Source: an uncultured Planctomycetota bacterium (GTDB lineage Bacteria; Planctomycetota; Planctomycetia; Isosphaerales; Isosphaeraceae). Taken from it: a stretch of 64,000 bases of DNA. Under the pieces are notes generated by a model. That model did no database searches. It saw nothing but the letters and a program-made list of their open reading frames with translations, and was not told where the DNA came from. A program made the position numbers and the translations under genes. The stretch spans positions 1,632,001 to 1,696,000 of the forward strand of contig CAWGMQ010000005.1 of NCBI GenBank assembly GCA_963823665.1. Reading direction: 5' to 3'. Shown here one piece after another: positions 11,127-21,422 of the stretch; within the stretch, counting starts at the first letter, position 1, and every line of letters begins with the position of its first letter.

Positions 11127-12290
11127 ATGGACCTCACCATGCTCCGCCGTCACCTGCTTCGTGGCCTGATGGCGACGCCACTCGCCAGTTGGCTCAGGCC
11201 GTGGGTGTCGTCCGCGTTCGGCGGCGCGGTGACCGGGGGTCCCAACGCAGCGGACGTGTACCGCAAAGCTTTCGGCTGGGCAGAGGGTTTGCGTCCGGAA
11301 CAGTCGGAACGGCTTCGCGAGGCCGTAACGATCGCGATCGATGACCAGCACGTCGGCGCCATAATCCAGCAGGTTCGCCCCGTGCTGAAAGCAATCCGGG
11401 AAGCGGCAGCGATCGATCAGTGTCGTTGGGGGCCTGAAACCGTCGTGAGCGACGACCTGGGGAAGGGGCATCTCAACGTCTCGAGCCTCAACGTCATCCG
11501 CATCGCGTGCCTGTCCGCCCGTCGGCACGCCAAATTGGGGAAGTACCAGGACGCCCTGGACGACGCGTTCGCCGGGCTGACACTTGCCCACCGCGTAGGG
11601 GCGGGCGGGTTTCTGTTTGCCCGGCTCCTGGAGTGCGCTGGCGAGACCACGGCGTTCCAGACCCTCGCCCGCATCCTGCCGGGGCTAGGACGCGCGGCGC
11701 TTGATGACCTTTCGCGGCGTCTCGCAGTCCTTCCGCCGCCGGAACCAGCATCGGCCGCGATCGGACCCGAGTCGCGGTTCATTTTGGGCTCGCTCCGCAC
11801 CAAGCTCATAGTGACCGGGCCGGTGGTTGAGGGCGCCGATTGGGCCGAACTCGGTTTCGATGACGACGAGGCCACGGCGCTAAAACGGCTAACGGGAGGC
11901 GACCGGGCGAAATTACTCGCACACCTCGAAGCGACGGTCCCGGCGTTCGCCGAGTTGGCCCGCCGGCTCGACCTCCCCCGTCCGAACTGCCGGGCGGCGC
12001 TCGATGAGTTCGCCAAAACGGAGCGCTCAAACTACCCGATTGCGGCCGGACTGGTCGAGAACGCCTGGGGCGTCCGCCACGTAGTCGACCGGATGCGAGC
12101 TCTGCGCTCAATGCTCCATGCCGGTGTCGCCCTGGTCCGCGAGGGGGAACTCGCGTTCCGAGCGAAGTCGGACCCGTTCGGCACCGGTGCATTCCGGCTC
12201 GAACGCCGAGGAAAAGGGTACGTGATCCGCTCGGCGCTAATCGACGAGGGAAAGCCCGAGTTGAGTCTCGAGATTGGCGATGCGGCGTGA
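11127..12290 (+). CDS. Hypothetical exported helical protein, possible Tat signal
   Basis: Long ORF; N-terminus MDLTMLRRHLLRGLMATPLA...SSAFG resembles a twin-arginine leader. Confidence 0.65.
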   Translation: MDLTMLRRHLLRGLMATPLASWLRPWVSSAFGGAVTGGPNAADVYRKAFGWAEGLRPEQSERLREAVTIAIDDQHVGAIIQQVRPVLKAIREAAAIDQCRWGPETVVSDDLGKGHLNVSSLNVIRIACLSARRHAKLGKYQDALDDAFAGLTLAHRVGAGGFLFARLLECAGETTAFQTLARILPGLGRAALDDLSRRLAVLPPPEPASAAIGPESRFILGSLRTKLIVTGPVVEGADWAELGFDDDEATALKRLTGGDRAKLLAHLEATVPAFAELARRLDLPRPNCRAALDEFAKTERSNYPIAAGLVENAWGVRHVVDRMRALRSMLHAGVALVREGELAFRAKSDPFGTGAFRLERRGKGYVIRSALIDEGKPELSLEIGDAA

Positions 12291-12856
12291 CCTCTACCGC
12301 GGAGCGGTTTAGTCCAATCCTCTTTATTTCCTCTTGTTGGGTGTCTTGGTGCCTAAAAGGGAGGTTGCCTGTTGTGCTTTCGCGATTTCAGTTCACCATT
12401 GGGCAATTGGTGCAAGTAATCATGCTGTCCGGCTTCGTCTTCTGGATGATGCGTTGGACAGGCGTTACGGCGGTGTTGTACGTATTCCCCTGGCTTGATT
12501 TCGTCGTCCGCGCCCGGATCACACCGGCGCTGAGTATCGGACGACGCACGCTTTACCGCAGTCTCGTGCTCATCGCCTTCGGAAGTGCATATTGCTCGTA
12601 TCTTTACTTCATCGATGCTCAGGATGCGTTGCGGGTTGTGGGATTCACATTTGGTATGTACTTTCTTTTTATTATCGCTCCACTTCTCAGCAGACTCTGG
12701 TGGGTTGTCATTAATCGCGGTTATGAGATGCCTCTGACGGATGGGACATGTGGCCCCATCGCCTTGAGGGGATTTGGGGATCGGGCGGAGCCAGCCGCGG
12801 CGGTCTCACAACGTGCGGTAGAAATGAGGAGCGGGGCATCTGGAAGTAGTTCGTAG
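12287..12856 (+). CDS. Hypothetical membrane protein
   Basis: Several hydrophobic segments; RFQFTIGQL motif resembles planctomycete small membrane proteins; start uncertain. Confidence 0.5.
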   Translation: MTSTAERFSPILFISSCWVSWCLKGRLPVVLSRFQFTIGQLVQVIMLSGFVFWMMRWTGVTAVLYVFPWLDFVVRARITPALSIGRRTLYRSLVLIAFGSAYCSYLYFIDAQDALRVVGFTFGMYFLFIIAPLLSRLWWVVINRGYEMPLTDGTCGPIALRGFGDRAEPAAAVSQRAVEMRSGASGSSS

Positions 12857-12879
12857 CGGAAAACGTTCGAGAGGATAGG

Positions 12880-13175
12880 ATGGAAAGGAAACAGGCAAAC
12901 GAGCTGGTCAGGGCGTCTTCGGCGAGCGGGCAGGTCGCGAGCGTCGAGGCAAAGCTTCCGACGCTGGTGGAGCGGGCAAGGGATACCGCCCGGTTTGCCT
13001 GGGAGGAGTTCTTCTTTGCTGAGCACCACAACCCGCACACGCAACGGGCGTATCAGTCTGCCGTGCGGCGGTTCCTGACGTGGGCGGAAGGGAAAGGCAT
13101 CGAGCTGGCGAGCATTTCGCCGGGCATGGTTGGCCAGTATATCGCCGTCTTGGGTGGATCAGCGGCAAAGCGCAA
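12880..13175 (+). pseudogene. Tyrosine recombinase/integrase N-terminal fragment, truncated by an insertion
   Basis: WEEFFFAEHHNPHTQRAYQSAVRRFLTW is typical of an integrase core-binding domain; the resemblance stops at TGTCA (13176). Confidence 0.7.
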
Positions 13176-13453
13176 TGTCACCGGGCGACTTCAAAACCAG
13201 CCAATTATGGGCGCTTATCGGTAGTTCGAAACCGGCCACCCCGTTCGGGTAGTTACATTGTTCAATTCAATACGCCACTATGGTAATCCGGACTGGCTGA
13301 AAACTTGCTTTGCTTGGCCGAATCGGTCTTCGACTTTTCCGGTGGAACCGAATTGGCTCCTCATCTTAACGCTTCGTTGTGCTCTTGCCTCCTCCCTTTC
13401 CGCTTGCGTTCGAGCCGGGGGGCGCTTTGGCTGGTTTTGAGCGCCCGCTGTCA
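13176..13453. mobile_element. 278-bp non-autonomous IS21-type miniature element
   Basis: Left end TGTCACCGGGCGACTTCAAAACCAGCCA; right end (reverse complement) TGACAGCGGGCGCTCAAAACCAGCCA; internal repeat aaaccggcca; no transposase and no clear target duplication. Confidence 0.7.
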
Positions 13454-13570
13454 CCGCTTCTTGGGCAAATGATCACGCACCAGTCCCTTGTCGAGGCAAT
13501 GATCTACACGGCCCTGGGGCATTGAGTCGGAGCCTTTCCGACTGTTAGAATCGAAAAGGGAGGCCAGCCC

Positions 13571-14125
13571 ATGGCGATCGAACTCAGCCAGGAAGAACGC
13601 GCATCTCTCGAACAGTTCATACGGCCTTACCGACCGACCAAGCGACAGAAAGCTCAAGCCTTGCTCGCCTTGGCGGCGGGCGAGTCGCCTGAAACGGTAG
13701 CCATGCGCGTCGGAATTTCGAAGGATTTTGTTTCTGAATTGGCCACCGAGTTCGCCGAGCGTGGACTAGCCGGGGTCGGTTTGGGGAAAAAACCCGAGGT
13801 TGTGGTCACACTCATCCGGGCCGGGGTCGGCGCCAAGAAATATCGCCTTCCCGAAGGATCGACACTTGAGGACCTGATTAGCCGAAGTGGGGCCACGACG
13901 ACGAGACAGACCGTCTCTGTTGATGGGATCATTCACGAAAAGCAGCTGCCCCTACATAACGCGGCGGTTGTCATCATCGCCCCAGCGCCGAAGAACGCCG
14001 CCGGTGGCCAGCATCCCCATCCCGCCGTGCCGTCGCTCCGGGACGATGAGCTCTTCGAGCAGTACCGCAACATCCTTAAAGCCCGCAGGAAGTCACGCGC
14101 TCGAGATGAGGGTTCGGTGGAGTGA
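13571..14125 (+). CDS. HTH + ThiS/MoaD(ubiquitin)-like + short antitoxin-like tail; putative antitoxin
   Basis: GGAGG RBS. N-terminal HTH (ALLALAAGESPETVAMRVGIS), central beta-grasp-like pattern ending AAGG, C-terminal helix LRDDELFEQYRNILKARR. Stop overlaps the PIN gene start (GTGA). Confidence 0.7.
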   Translation: MAIELSQEERASLEQFIRPYRPTKRQKAQALLALAAGESPETVAMRVGISKDFVSELATEFAERGLAGVGLGKKPEVVVTLIRAGVGAKKYRLPEGSTLEDLISRSGATTTRQTVSVDGIIHEKQLPLHNAAVVIIAPAPKNAAGGQHPHPAVPSLRDDELFEQYRNILKARRKSRARDEGSVE

Positions 14126-14565
14126 ACATCCTAGACACCGATGCGCTTAGCCATCACATGAAATCAAACGCGATCGGTCAGGCGATCGGGGCTCACATAT
14201 CCGCATCTGAGCCAGATTTCAGGGTGACGGCGGTTAGCGCGTTCGAGATGGTGGATGGGGCGCTTCAACTCTATAAGGACTTGAGAAAAAAACACCGCGA
14301 CCTAATCCCCGGCTTCAACCTCATTCAAGAGATTGTCGAATATCTGGGCAGTTGGCAGGGACGAGTCTTGCCCTACGACGCGGGTGCGGATCAAATCTAC
14401 CGTGGGTTCTCGACCAGGATTCAGCAGGAGCTGGGGGACGACGCACGCATTGCGGCGATCGCGCTGGCGCGAGGCGCAGCGGTATGGACGTGCAACTTAA
14501 GGGACTTCAAGAGGGTCCCAAACCTCCCTGTCGTTCAAGCCGACACCGGTATCCTAGTCCCATGA
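14122..14565 (+). CDS. vapC: PIN-domain (VapC-like) toxin
   Basis: ILDTD at the N-terminus, DARIAAIAL, TCNLRDF. Confidence 0.85.
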   Translation: MNILDTDALSHHMKSNAIGQAIGAHISASEPDFRVTAVSAFEMVDGALQLYKDLRKKHRDLIPGFNLIQEIVEYLGSWQGRVLPYDAGADQIYRGFSTRIQQELGDDARIAAIALARGAAVWTCNLRDFKRVPNLPVVQADTGILVP

Positions 14566-14666
14566 TCAGTATGTCAAATACTTGAAACCAGAACATAGGG
14601 TCACGCCGGTCGGCGCATGAGGGCGTCTCGTCCCATCCACGTCTACGGGGTCAGACCTTCCACGGG

Positions 14667-15440
14667 CCGGGTAGACCTGGGTGGTCGTCCACCCAGGCCC
14701 CCCACTGATCCGGACTTGCCCGTCGAAGAGGCATCCGGCTCGTCATCTCATGACTTCGCTACGCTGCTTGCCAAGCCGTGGACCACGCGGGCGCGGGGAA
14801 GATTGTACCGCTTCTCCAGGCGAAGGAATTGGGGCCACGTTAGTGGTCGGCCTCGGCGACGCCGAGACAGCCGGTGGCACCATATCTTTCGCGTGCCTTC
14901 CCGAAATCGCTGAAGGCTGGCGAAGTTGCCAATGATCCCGTAATACCCGAAGTGGCCCCGCAGCTTTTGCGTGAGCTTCTGGTGTTGTTCCTTGACCGAA
15001 GTGTGCAGGTTTCGCCGGCACCACTCCGACAGCGCTGCAAGCGCTCGCTTGAGTCGGCTCTTCGCCGTTTTCCGTTTGACCACCCACGCGCCTCGCTGAG
15101 ATCGTCCCCAGTAATGGGTGAATCCCAGAAAGTCGAATGTCGTCGGTTCGGGTGGGTCCCGTTCCTCGGTTGCGGAGTTGCCGGCCCGGGGCGGCTGAAA
15201 CCGCACCACGCGCGTCTTCTCCGGGTGGACCGTCAGACCGTACTTGCTCATCCGCTTGGGTAAGACCTCCATGATTCGCCGTGCGTCGTCTGCTCGGGCT
15301 GCCCCGATCACGAAGTCGTCGGCATAGCGGATCACGAAAGCTTTCCCTTTCAGGCGCGGGCGAACTTCCTTCTCAAACCATTCATCGAGCACGTAGCGCA
15401 GGAGGAGATTGGCCAGGAGGGGACTGATCACGCCCCCAAC
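14667..15440 (-). mobile_element. 5'-truncated group II intron (C-terminal RT/maturase part + domains V and VI)
   Basis: GGVISPLLAN, RYADD and FDFLGF motifs. Downstream on the minus strand are DV gagccggatgc...aagtccggatc and DVI ggcctgggtgg...ccacccaggtctacccgg. Confidence 0.9.
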
Positions 15441-15646
15441 AATGTAGCGAACTACCATGTTGGGGGCCTCGCTCAAAAGGGAACGGACTGACCCGATAGA
15501 CGATGCGAACCTCCTGCTCGTCGATTTCAATCTTCTTGACCAACTAGTCGACGCTACGCACCCGGGATGCGAAACCATTGCGGGCAAACCCATCGATGAA
15601 ACGAGAAAATGTCGCAGCGGCTTTGGAGTCGGACTCGTCGAAGGAG

Positions 15647-16910
15647 TCATCCAGTTCTTCTGGCGGGGGTGGACTGAATTGGGGCGACGGTTGTTCTGCT
15701 ATTTATTTCATCCAACATCCAGCGAAGACTTAGGAATTCTGCGAACAGACGTCCCCAAAAGTGGTTACTGATTCTTAGCTCCTGGACCTGGTTCTGACTG
15801 GTGCGCGGAATTGCGAATAATAAGACACCGGTCAGCATCCTGCTTGAACTCAACGGACATGCCCTTCGTTGCGAAATAGCGATGCACATGGTCGGTATCC
15901 ACCATGACGATTATTACTATTTCACCATTATAAAATGCTAATATGTGTTCTATGTTTGTGATTGATAGGGGAAACAGGAAATAGGCAACGTTTTGATGCT
16001 TGAGTTCATTCACAAAGGCGATCACCGGAGGGTTGTCGAAGGAAGACAGCACCTCCTTGAATCGGGATAGGTCTGAATTCGAGCCCGGGAGCGCCGCTTC
16101 AACCAGATAATACAGGCCTTCCTCCACTTCCCGAAATGCACCACCAGTAGGGTACGCCGCCTCCATCAAATCGTTCAATTCAGCTTTGTGATCACGTTCC
16201 GGCTGGGTCATGGACCGCCGCTCCAATTCGCCGGCGTAATACCAATCCGTCACTCGGTCTGTCATGAAATACTCGTACAACTGCGATAGTCTTTTCTGTT
16301 GGCGGTCCTCACGCGACCCCGAGCCTCTGCCACTCTTTACTTCAATAAGGTAGGGCATTCCCCACACGGGCAAAGTCAGATCACCGTATCGCAGACAATT
16401 CGTTAGGTCATTTAAGATGGCGGGCTGTCCTTGGGCAAAGGCGTATCGGAGGAGCCTTCGCTCGAACCTGGCACCCTTCTTCCCTGACAGAAAGCCCGCT
16501 GATTCCTTAAATGCCATAGGCTTAATGTTGTATTTATCTATGTAAATGAATGCTAGGCAATCGCCAATTTCCCGGAAAACCGTAAGCAGACGCTGGTATT
16601 CAGCGATTCGATCTTTGCAACCTGATATTCCTGCTTTGAGGAGGGCCGCTTGATCGCCAGTTAGCCGATGAGCCGGGTCGGCATTCCGTAATTGCGTTTT
16701 ATGCTTTTGGCAGCGGCGCCTGAGCAGGCGAACCTTGCGTTCTACATAACTGATCTTCTTGATCAGCGTTTCTTGCAGAGATAGGCAGGCGAAGTGCGAA
16801 GTATCCGGACTTGCACTGATCTGCTCATGCGGACAAAGAGTTCTCTTAGAGTGTTCTGATAGACGTGAAACACGGGCTGCTGTCCCAAATACTGCGGAAT
16901 TTCCGATCAT
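15647..16910 (-). CDS. Hypothetical protein with coiled-coil N-terminus and PD-(D/E)xK-like motif; probable frameshift near 15790
   Basis: GDLT...LIEVKS motif; visibly more AT-rich than the flanks; ORF 15647..15889 supplies a protein-like C-terminus (FWGRLFAEFLSLRWMLDEI). Confidence 0.6.
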
Positions 16911-16998
16911 TCACTACGAGATGACCGAACGTGGAGGTAGGTCCACTGCTAAGGTTGGCGAACCGAAACGTCTTGCGTCTTAAACGAGAGCCGGCGGA

Positions 16999-17185
16999 CT
17001 AGCCGCCGTTTTCCAATCCCGTGTTCCGGCGGCCGAGGCGAAATAGGTTTTGATGTTTATTGGGATACTGCCCCGCTCGGTAGAGCTTAGAGATTTCTCT
17101 TGCAACTGCTCGATCAAACGCAACAAGGTGCTTCCAGGTGCGGATCGCGTATCTGAGCAGTTCCGTCCTCCTGCTGTAGCGGAAC
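16999..17185 (-). pseudogene. C-terminal part of the HEPN-motif gene split by IS21
   Basis: Removing the IS and one target-duplication copy continues ORF 22267 in frame: EILRFRYSRRTELLRYAIRTWKHLVAFD...ENGG*. Confidence 0.8.
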
Positions 17186-17375
17186 TGTCAGCAGCAACGA
17201 AACGCTGAGCCATTATCGCAGAGCCACCTGAGCCATTCCGCGATCGGTCGATGGTGGGTTTGGCTCTCTCTCAGCGTCTTTACCAAGTTTCTGGCACGTG
17301 TGATTCAATGCAGGTAGGCTGGAGTGTAATTGCCGCTCAGTCGCCGATGACGGCTCTTTCAATCCACGGCGCAAA

Positions 17376-18092
17376 GTGGCGGCGGGAAGTTCCACCTTCC
17401 CGCCGCCTGACCGCTCGGGAGCAATCCCTCCCGTGGGCCATTCTCAGTTTCCGCGCACATCACCGTCGGGTCAATCACCCCGATCTCGGCGTTGGCACCC
17501 CAACTGCCACCGTTGCCTGCTCAAAGGCTGTGAAGTCTGGTTCTTGCCGCGCCGGCCTCAGGCGCGATATTGCAGCCCGGCCTGTCAGGAATCCGCCTGC
17601 CGCTGGCGCCGCTGGCTTTCCTGCCAGCGCTTCAAGGCTACTACCCATGGCAAGGCAATCCGGCGAGAGCAGGCCCGACGCTATCGAATCCGTCTCCAGC
17701 AACGATCATTTCTTGCTGAACCGGCGCCGCCAGCCTGCGACGTCGAGCTGACTTCCCCAGTCGTCGAGTCGCAGACATCCACCGCATCCGAGCCGCCTCC
17801 GCTCGCCTCAACACCCGCCGAGGGCCAGCGCCCAGCCAAAATACCCGAACAATCTTGCGGTCTGCCTTGCCACAGACCTGGCTGCTACATGTTATTCCTT
17901 CCCTCGGGGCGTTCTCCCGATCAGAAATTCTGTTCCTACTCGTGCCACCAAGCGTTACGACGAGTTCGACAACGCGAACTTCGACTCCGGCAACGACGCC
18001 GGCGCGGGGTTCTTCCCCGTTATATGCATCGCCGCGGACCGCCTCAACATCCCCTTCTCATGTCGTCACGTATAGAGGACGTTACCCCCTAA
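17376..18092 (+). CDS. Double Cys4 zinc-finger, Arg-rich protein (IS21 passenger)
   Basis: Two repeats CLLKGC...RYCSPAC and CHRPGC...KFCSYSC, each followed by an Arg-rich helix, joined by a Pro/Ser linker. Confidence 0.65.
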   Translation: MAAGSSTFPPPDRSGAIPPVGHSQFPRTSPSGQSPRSRRWHPNCHRCLLKGCEVWFLPRRPQARYCSPACQESACRWRRWLSCQRFKATTHGKAIRREQARRYRIRLQQRSFLAEPAPPACDVELTSPVVESQTSTASEPPPLASTPAEGQRPAKIPEQSCGLPCHRPGCYMLFLPSGRSPDQKFCSYSCHQALRRVRQRELRLRQRRRRGVLPRYMHRRGPPQHPLLMSSRIEDVTP

Positions 18093-18197
18093 TACTTATG
18101 TTTGTTCTTGCCCAAGAACCGAGGAGGAAGCGGGAGGGCCGGGCCCTCCGGTCTCCCGTTTCCTTACTCGGATTGGGCCTTTGTGACGAGGTTTCTC

Positions 18198-19131
18198 ATG
18201 ACAGACTCGTACACGACGGACATCCGCTTCATGGCGGTGGATCAACTGGGTCAGCGGTATCGGCGCTATCGCCTTCCCGATCCCGACGCCGAGGCCGACC
18301 ATGGCGGCATCCCTGAGTCGCTATGGACAGCAAACTCCCGTAGTCGTCTGCCTGCGAGAGGAAAGATACGAGGTTCTCGACGGCTTCAAGCGTCTGGCAG
18401 CCGCGCAGACACTCGGTTTCCTGACCGTCAGCACGCGGGTCGTGGAAGTTAATGAGCGCCTGGCCAAGGCGACGATCCTGGGCCTCAATCAAACCGGCAG
18501 GCGGACTCAAGAGTGGGAGGAAGCTTGGATCGTGCACGCCTTGGTGCGCGAGGACGGTCTGACGCAGGAGGAGGTCGCCGAGCTGCTCTCCCACCACAAG
18601 AGCTGGGTCTGCCGTCGGCTGGCCCTGGTCGAGAAGCTGGCCGACGCGGCCAAGAACGACCTGCGATTGGGGCTGTTGTCGGTCACGGCCGCTCGCTCGC
18701 TGGTGCGGTTGCCGGCCGGCAACCAACCTGAGCTTCTTGCAACGCTCCGCCGCGACAAGCTGACGGCTGCCGAGCTCGATGGCGTCGTGAATCTGCTCCA
18801 AGCGGCGCCCGGTCAGACTCAGGAAGAGTACATCTTGGCCCAGCCGCGCCAGGCCTTGCGGCAAGCACGGGAGGAGACTGGCTGGGCCTGGGACCCAAGG
18901 CTAAGCAGTTCGGGCAACCGCGTGGCGCGACGTCTCACCTACGTCCTTGAGGACCTGGGTCGCATCGAGACCTGGCTGCGCAGTCAGGGCCGCGCCGGCT
19001 TGACCCCCTGCGATCACTTGGTGCTGACGTCAGCATTCTCCAAGTTGGCGCGTGATGCCTCCAGCGTGGCCTCTTTGGCTCAGGACCTCATCGGAGAGTT
19101 GAACAATCATGACCGAGCAAAAGCGCAATGA
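18198..19131 (+). CDS. ParB/Srx-fold + HTH protein (single frameshift near 18296)
   Basis: YGQQTPVVV...VLDGFKRLAAA (GxxRxxA box) and HTH GLTQEEVAELLSHHKSWVCRRL. N-terminus MTDSYTTD lies in the neighbouring frame. Overlaps the istA start. Confidence 0.85.
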
Positions 19132-20671
19132 GATTGTCAGCCGCTGGCGCGGCGGTGCATCAATGCGACAGATCGCCCGCGAGTTGGGACTGGCACGGAA
19201 CACGGTGAGCCGGGTGCTTGTCGGGATTGATGCCCAGCGGGCCGGCAAGGCGTCGACCTCGCGCAGACGACCCAGCCAGCTCGATCCCTACGAGCCGGTC
19301 ATCCTCGAGCTCCTGGGCCGATATCCCGATTTGACCGGCGTACGGCTCTTGGAAGAGCTGCGCCAGCAGGGCTTCCCGGGCAGCTATAGCACGGTCCGCC
19401 AGCGGCTACGCGAGCTCCGTCCGGGCTCGGGACCACAGCCGGTCATCCGCTTTGAGACTGGGCCGGGTGTCCAGGCTCAGATGGATTACGCCGTCTACGA
19501 TCTGGACTTCACTTGTGAAGGCCGGCGCCGCGTCAATTTGTTCAGCTACATCCTGGGCTATTCACGGCGGCAGTATCTGCGCTTCGTCGAGGCCCAGGAC
19601 ATGGTGACCACCCTGCGTGAGCACGTGCGGGCCTTTATGCATCTGGGAGGCGTGGCCGCTACCTGCTTGTATGACAATATGAAAGTTGTGGTCAGTGGTC
19701 ACGAGGATGACGTGCCGATCTACAACCCGCGGTTCCTGGCCTTCGCCACCCACTACGGATTCCGGCCAGTGGCCTGCCGCGTGCGGCGGCCTCAAACCAA
19801 GGGAAAGGTGGAACGCCCGTTTTATTACGTTGAAACCAGCTTGTTCAACGGCCGCAGCTTCGAATCGCTCAGTCATCTGAATGAGACCACCGATTGGTGG
19901 CTGGCGCAGGTCGCGGATGTCCGCGAGCTCCGCGCCGCCGGCAAGACGCCCTTGCAGCTGCATCAGGAGGAACTTCCCCACCTGATCCCGTTACCAAACC
20001 AAGCTTATGTGGTCGCCCCGGTTATCTATCGCACAGTCGACGTCGAAGGCTTGGTCACTTACTGCCAGAACGGCTACTCAGTGCCTTGGCGGTACATCGG
20101 CTGCGTGTTGCCGGTGCGGGTGACCGAGACCGAGGTGATCGTTTACGGTCCTCAGGTCGAGGAGATCACCCGGCACGCGCTGTTGCCGCGCACGGCCAGA
20201 GGGCAACGGAGCGTGCACAAGGAGCACCGGCCTAACGAAAGCACACACCGGCGACAGGCGCAACTGGAGGAACGCTTTGGCGAGCTGGGCGAAGTGGGCC
20301 GTCGGTTCCTGGAAGGGCTGCTGAGAGTTCAGCGATACGGTAAGGACCAGGCGCAGCGAGTGCTGGCACTATTGGGAACCTACACCCGAACAGACGTGAT
20401 CGCCGCGTTGGAGCGAGCGGTCCGATATGGTGCTTATTCTCATGCGGCGGCGGCACGTATCCTGTCGGTCCAAGCTCGACCGAAGACTATCTTGGAGGTG
20501 CTGGCCGACGAAGAGCGTCCGCTGCCTCCTTGGCTGGGCGAGGATAAGGTGTCCCCGCGCCCGACGTCAGGCTACCAATACCTTTGCGAGCCGGAGGAGC
20601 ACGAGGATGAAGACCCGACCAGCGCCCAAGGCGAAGCCGGCGGGGACGGAACTGCGCCAGAAGATCCTTGA
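19109..20671 (+). CDS. istA: IS21 transposase IstA
   Basis: N-terminal HTH; RFETGPG.QAQMDY, LYDNMK and TKGKVER DDE motifs. Confidence 0.95.
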   Translation: MTEQKRNEIVSRWRGGASMRQIARELGLARNTVSRVLVGIDAQRAGKASTSRRRPSQLDPYEPVILELLGRYPDLTGVRLLEELRQQGFPGSYSTVRQRLRELRPGSGPQPVIRFETGPGVQAQMDYAVYDLDFTCEGRRRVNLFSYILGYSRRQYLRFVEAQDMVTTLREHVRAFMHLGGVAATCLYDNMKVVVSGHEDDVPIYNPRFLAFATHYGFRPVACRVRRPQTKGKVERPFYYVETSLFNGRSFESLSHLNETTDWWLAQVADVRELRAAGKTPLQLHQEELPHLIPLPNQAYVVAPVIYRTVDVEGLVTYCQNGYSVPWRYIGCVLPVRVTETEVIVYGPQVEEITRHALLPRTARGQRSVHKEHRPNESTHRRQAQLEERFGELGEVGRRFLEGLLRVQRYGKDQAQRVLALLGTYTRTDVIAALERAVRYGAYSHAAAARILSVQARPKTILEVLADEERPLPPWLGEDKVSPRPTSGYQYLCEPEEHEDEDPTSAQGEAGGDGTAPEDP

Positions 20672-21422
20672 GGACTTCGAGGTGCTGGGCATTCCCCTGC
20701 GGTCCGAGCAACTCGACGCGGTTGTAGGCCGTGCCGAGAGCGACGGGCTATCCCACCTGGAATTCCTACGGTTGCTGATCAGCGAGCAAGCCAACGGGCG
20801 TCGTGATCGCAGGATTGCCCACCGTATCCGCGAAGCCAGCTTCGCTGAAAACAAAACGCTGGCTGACTTCGATTGGCAGTTCAATGCGGCGGTTATCGAT
20901 CGAGTGCGGATCGAGGCATTAGCCGAAGGGGAGTTCATCGGCCGGCATCAAAGTCTGGTTTGGGTGGGTCAAAGCGGCGTCGGCAAAAGTCATCTGATCC
21001 AAGCGATTGGCCAGTGTGCCTGTGTGCTGGGTTACCGGGTGCGGTACGAGACCAGCAGCTCAATTTTGCAAAAACTGACAGCAGCGCTGGCGGACCAGAC
21101 GTTGCCGAGCCACTTGCGATACTATGCCAAATTCGATCTGTTGATTCTCGACGAGGTCGGCTTCGACCGACTGGAACGGATCGAATCGCCCCAAGCGGCC
21201 AGCCTGTTGTACAAGCTGATCAACGTCCGCAGTGGGCGGTCGACGGCATTGGTGACGAACATCGACTTCGACGCATGGGGCGACTACTGGGGCGATCCAC
21301 CGTTGGCAATGGCGTTCTTGGACCGAGTTGTCGACGGAGCGATCATCATGAAGATCAACGGCAAGTCGTATCGGGCGCATCGGGGCGAACAAGCATCGGC
21401 CGTCAAGCGACCGAAGAAGTGA
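20607..21422 (+). CDS. istB: IS21 helper AAA+ ATPase IstB
   Basis: Walker A GQSGVGKS, Walker B LLILDE, LDRVV and GKSYR. Confidence 0.95.
   Translation: MKTRPAPKAKPAGTELRQKILEDFEVLGIPLRSEQLDAVVGRAESDGLSHLEFLRLLISEQANGRRDRRIAHRIREASFAENKTLADFDWQFNAAVIDRVRIEALAEGEFIGRHQSLVWVGQSGVGKSHLIQAIGQCACVLGYRVRYETSSSILQKLTAALADQTLPSHLRYYAKFDLLILDEVGFDRLERIESPQAASLLYKLINVRSGRSTALVTNIDFDAWGDYWGDPPLAMAFLDRVVDGAIIMKINGKSYRAHRGEQASAVKRPKK

Noticed and set aside
14748..15650. 300-aa RT ORF as a retron, DGR or novel RT fusion
   Set aside because: It has group II intron RT motifs with DV/DVI downstream; the N-terminal part is chance read-through across the truncation.
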